From NCBI GenBank assembly GCA_043743105.1, contig JAYTXD010000011.1:1-24000 (forward strand): 24,000 nucleotides of DNA. Reading direction: 5' to 3'. This DNA is from Candidatus Saccharimonadota bacterium (GTDB lineage Bacteria > Patescibacteriota > Saccharimonadia > Saccharimonadales > JACDBH01). The notes beneath the pieces are model-generated. The model made no database searches. It saw only the letters and a list, made by a program, of their open reading frames with translations, and was not told where the DNA came from. This document shows, in pieces, positions 23,348 to 24,000 of the stretch (the first letter of the stretch is position 1; every line of letters starts with the position of its first letter). A program made the translations under genes and the position numbers.

Positions 23348-24000
23348 ATGTTGAGACTAATAACTTGGCCAGATCTTTTGCAGCTGTGGGCTTAGCCAGT
23401 GCTCCTAGAGCAGTGGCCAACGCTTCCCGTTTGCCTGCATTTCGCAACAAGTCATCAATAGCGTCATATAACCCTTCCCTATCGGCGTGCGCAACATGTA
23501 GTGTCATATTACTATCTGTGAGGTGTTTTGCATTTGCAGACTGATGGTCATCAGCTAGTTGTCCTGGTACCAAAATTGTCGCAACTTCTTGTTCTGCAAG
23601 CTCAGCAACAACTGTTGCAGAAGCCCGACTTACCACTACATCTGCCGCACCTGTGTAGCGATATACATCTGGCACAAAGCCTTTTACAACCACTCGCCGG
23701 CGCTCATTGGCCAGCAGTTCCTTGGCGTAGGCGTGTAGCATTTCAGTTTCATGCGAAGGCCCCACTATGTGTAGAATCCCAAGATCATGGTGATGCTGCA
23801 TCAAGCGGCCGGCAAGTGCCACAATGTCTTCGTTAAGCTGTAAAGCGCCCTGGCTACCACCAATAATGGTAACTACCTTTTTGCAGTCCGATACACCAAC
23901 AAGTGTGCGATATGAAGCAACAAGCTCAGTATTCAGTGTCTCAAACTCGGCGGCAATAGGCGTACCCGTATATACCATAGTGCCTTTTGGGTAGTTATAA
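23319..24000 (-). CDS. murG: MurG (undecaprenyl-PP-MurNAc-pentapeptide GlcNAc transferase), C-terminal part; the 5' end lies outside the window
   Basis: The frame stays open upstream of the listed Met to the window edge (…YNYPKGTMVYTGTPI). It carries the IIGGSQGA motif and VVSRASATVVAELA...ILVP, typical of the MurG C-terminal domain. Confidence 0.85.
   Translation of the reverse strand, partial: YNYPKGTMVYTGTPIAAEFETLNTELVASYRTLVGVSDCKKVVTIIGGSQGALQLNEDIVALAGRLMQHHHDLGILHIVGPSHETEMLHAYAKELLANERRRVVVKGFVPDVYRYTGAADVVVSRASATVVAELAEQEVATILVPGQLADDHQSANAKHLTDSNMTLHVAHADREGLYDAIDDLLRNAGKREALATALGALAKPTAAKDLAKLLVSTFGVEQDSGA

Noticed and set aside
1-24000. CRISPR arrays, rRNA genes, transposases, integrases and IS elements.
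   Set aside because: I saw no regularly spaced repeat array, no rRNA-like conserved stretches, and no ORF with DDE, tyrosine- or serine-recombinase motifs. Mobility is suggested only indirectly, by the tRNA scar and the flanking repeats.

Overview
The window reads as a chromosomal segment from a compact bacterial genome. The gene set and architectures suggest a Patescibacteria/CPR, Saccharibacteria-like organism, but that is an inference I cannot verify here. About 80% is coding.

Core genes I recognise: gltX, a DUF3048 protein in an operon with a histidine kinase and a CheY-like regulator, a second histidine kinase/response regulator pair, an RsuA/RluB-type pseudouridine synthase, der, pth, dprA, topA, a sigma-region-4/HARE-HTH protein, ftsQ, and a partial murG.

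Five places are not ordinary:
1. A tRNA-Glu(CUC) is preceded by a rearranged copy of its own 5' half and anticodon arm. It is followed by an accessory block: a DUF3892 gene divergent from a tightly coupled LexA-like S24 repressor / DinD / DUF2130 operon, then an orphan 555-aa membrane-anchored protein bracketed by TATAGCCCCC repeats.
2. A 740-nt ORF-free region upstream of dprA is packed with long, partly perfect stems (13-16 bp). I could not match it to RNase P, tmRNA or SRP RNA signatures. This is my best candidate for something undescribed, most likely a large structured RNA.
3. dprA is bracketed by two long-stem hairpins that share the core TTTGCGTAAG.
4. A 607-nt AT-rich ORF-free gap lies between two convergent genes and contains direct repeats and C-rich motifs.
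5. At least seven genes have a -10-like hexamer 7-9 nt upstream of the ATG and no Shine-Dalgarno sequence, consistent with leaderless mRNAs. Several downstream genes and two stand-alone genes (DUF3892, the 555-aa ORF) carry clear SD sequences.

I saw no CRISPR array, rRNA, transposase or integrase. All family assignments come from motif recognition by eye, not from searches.
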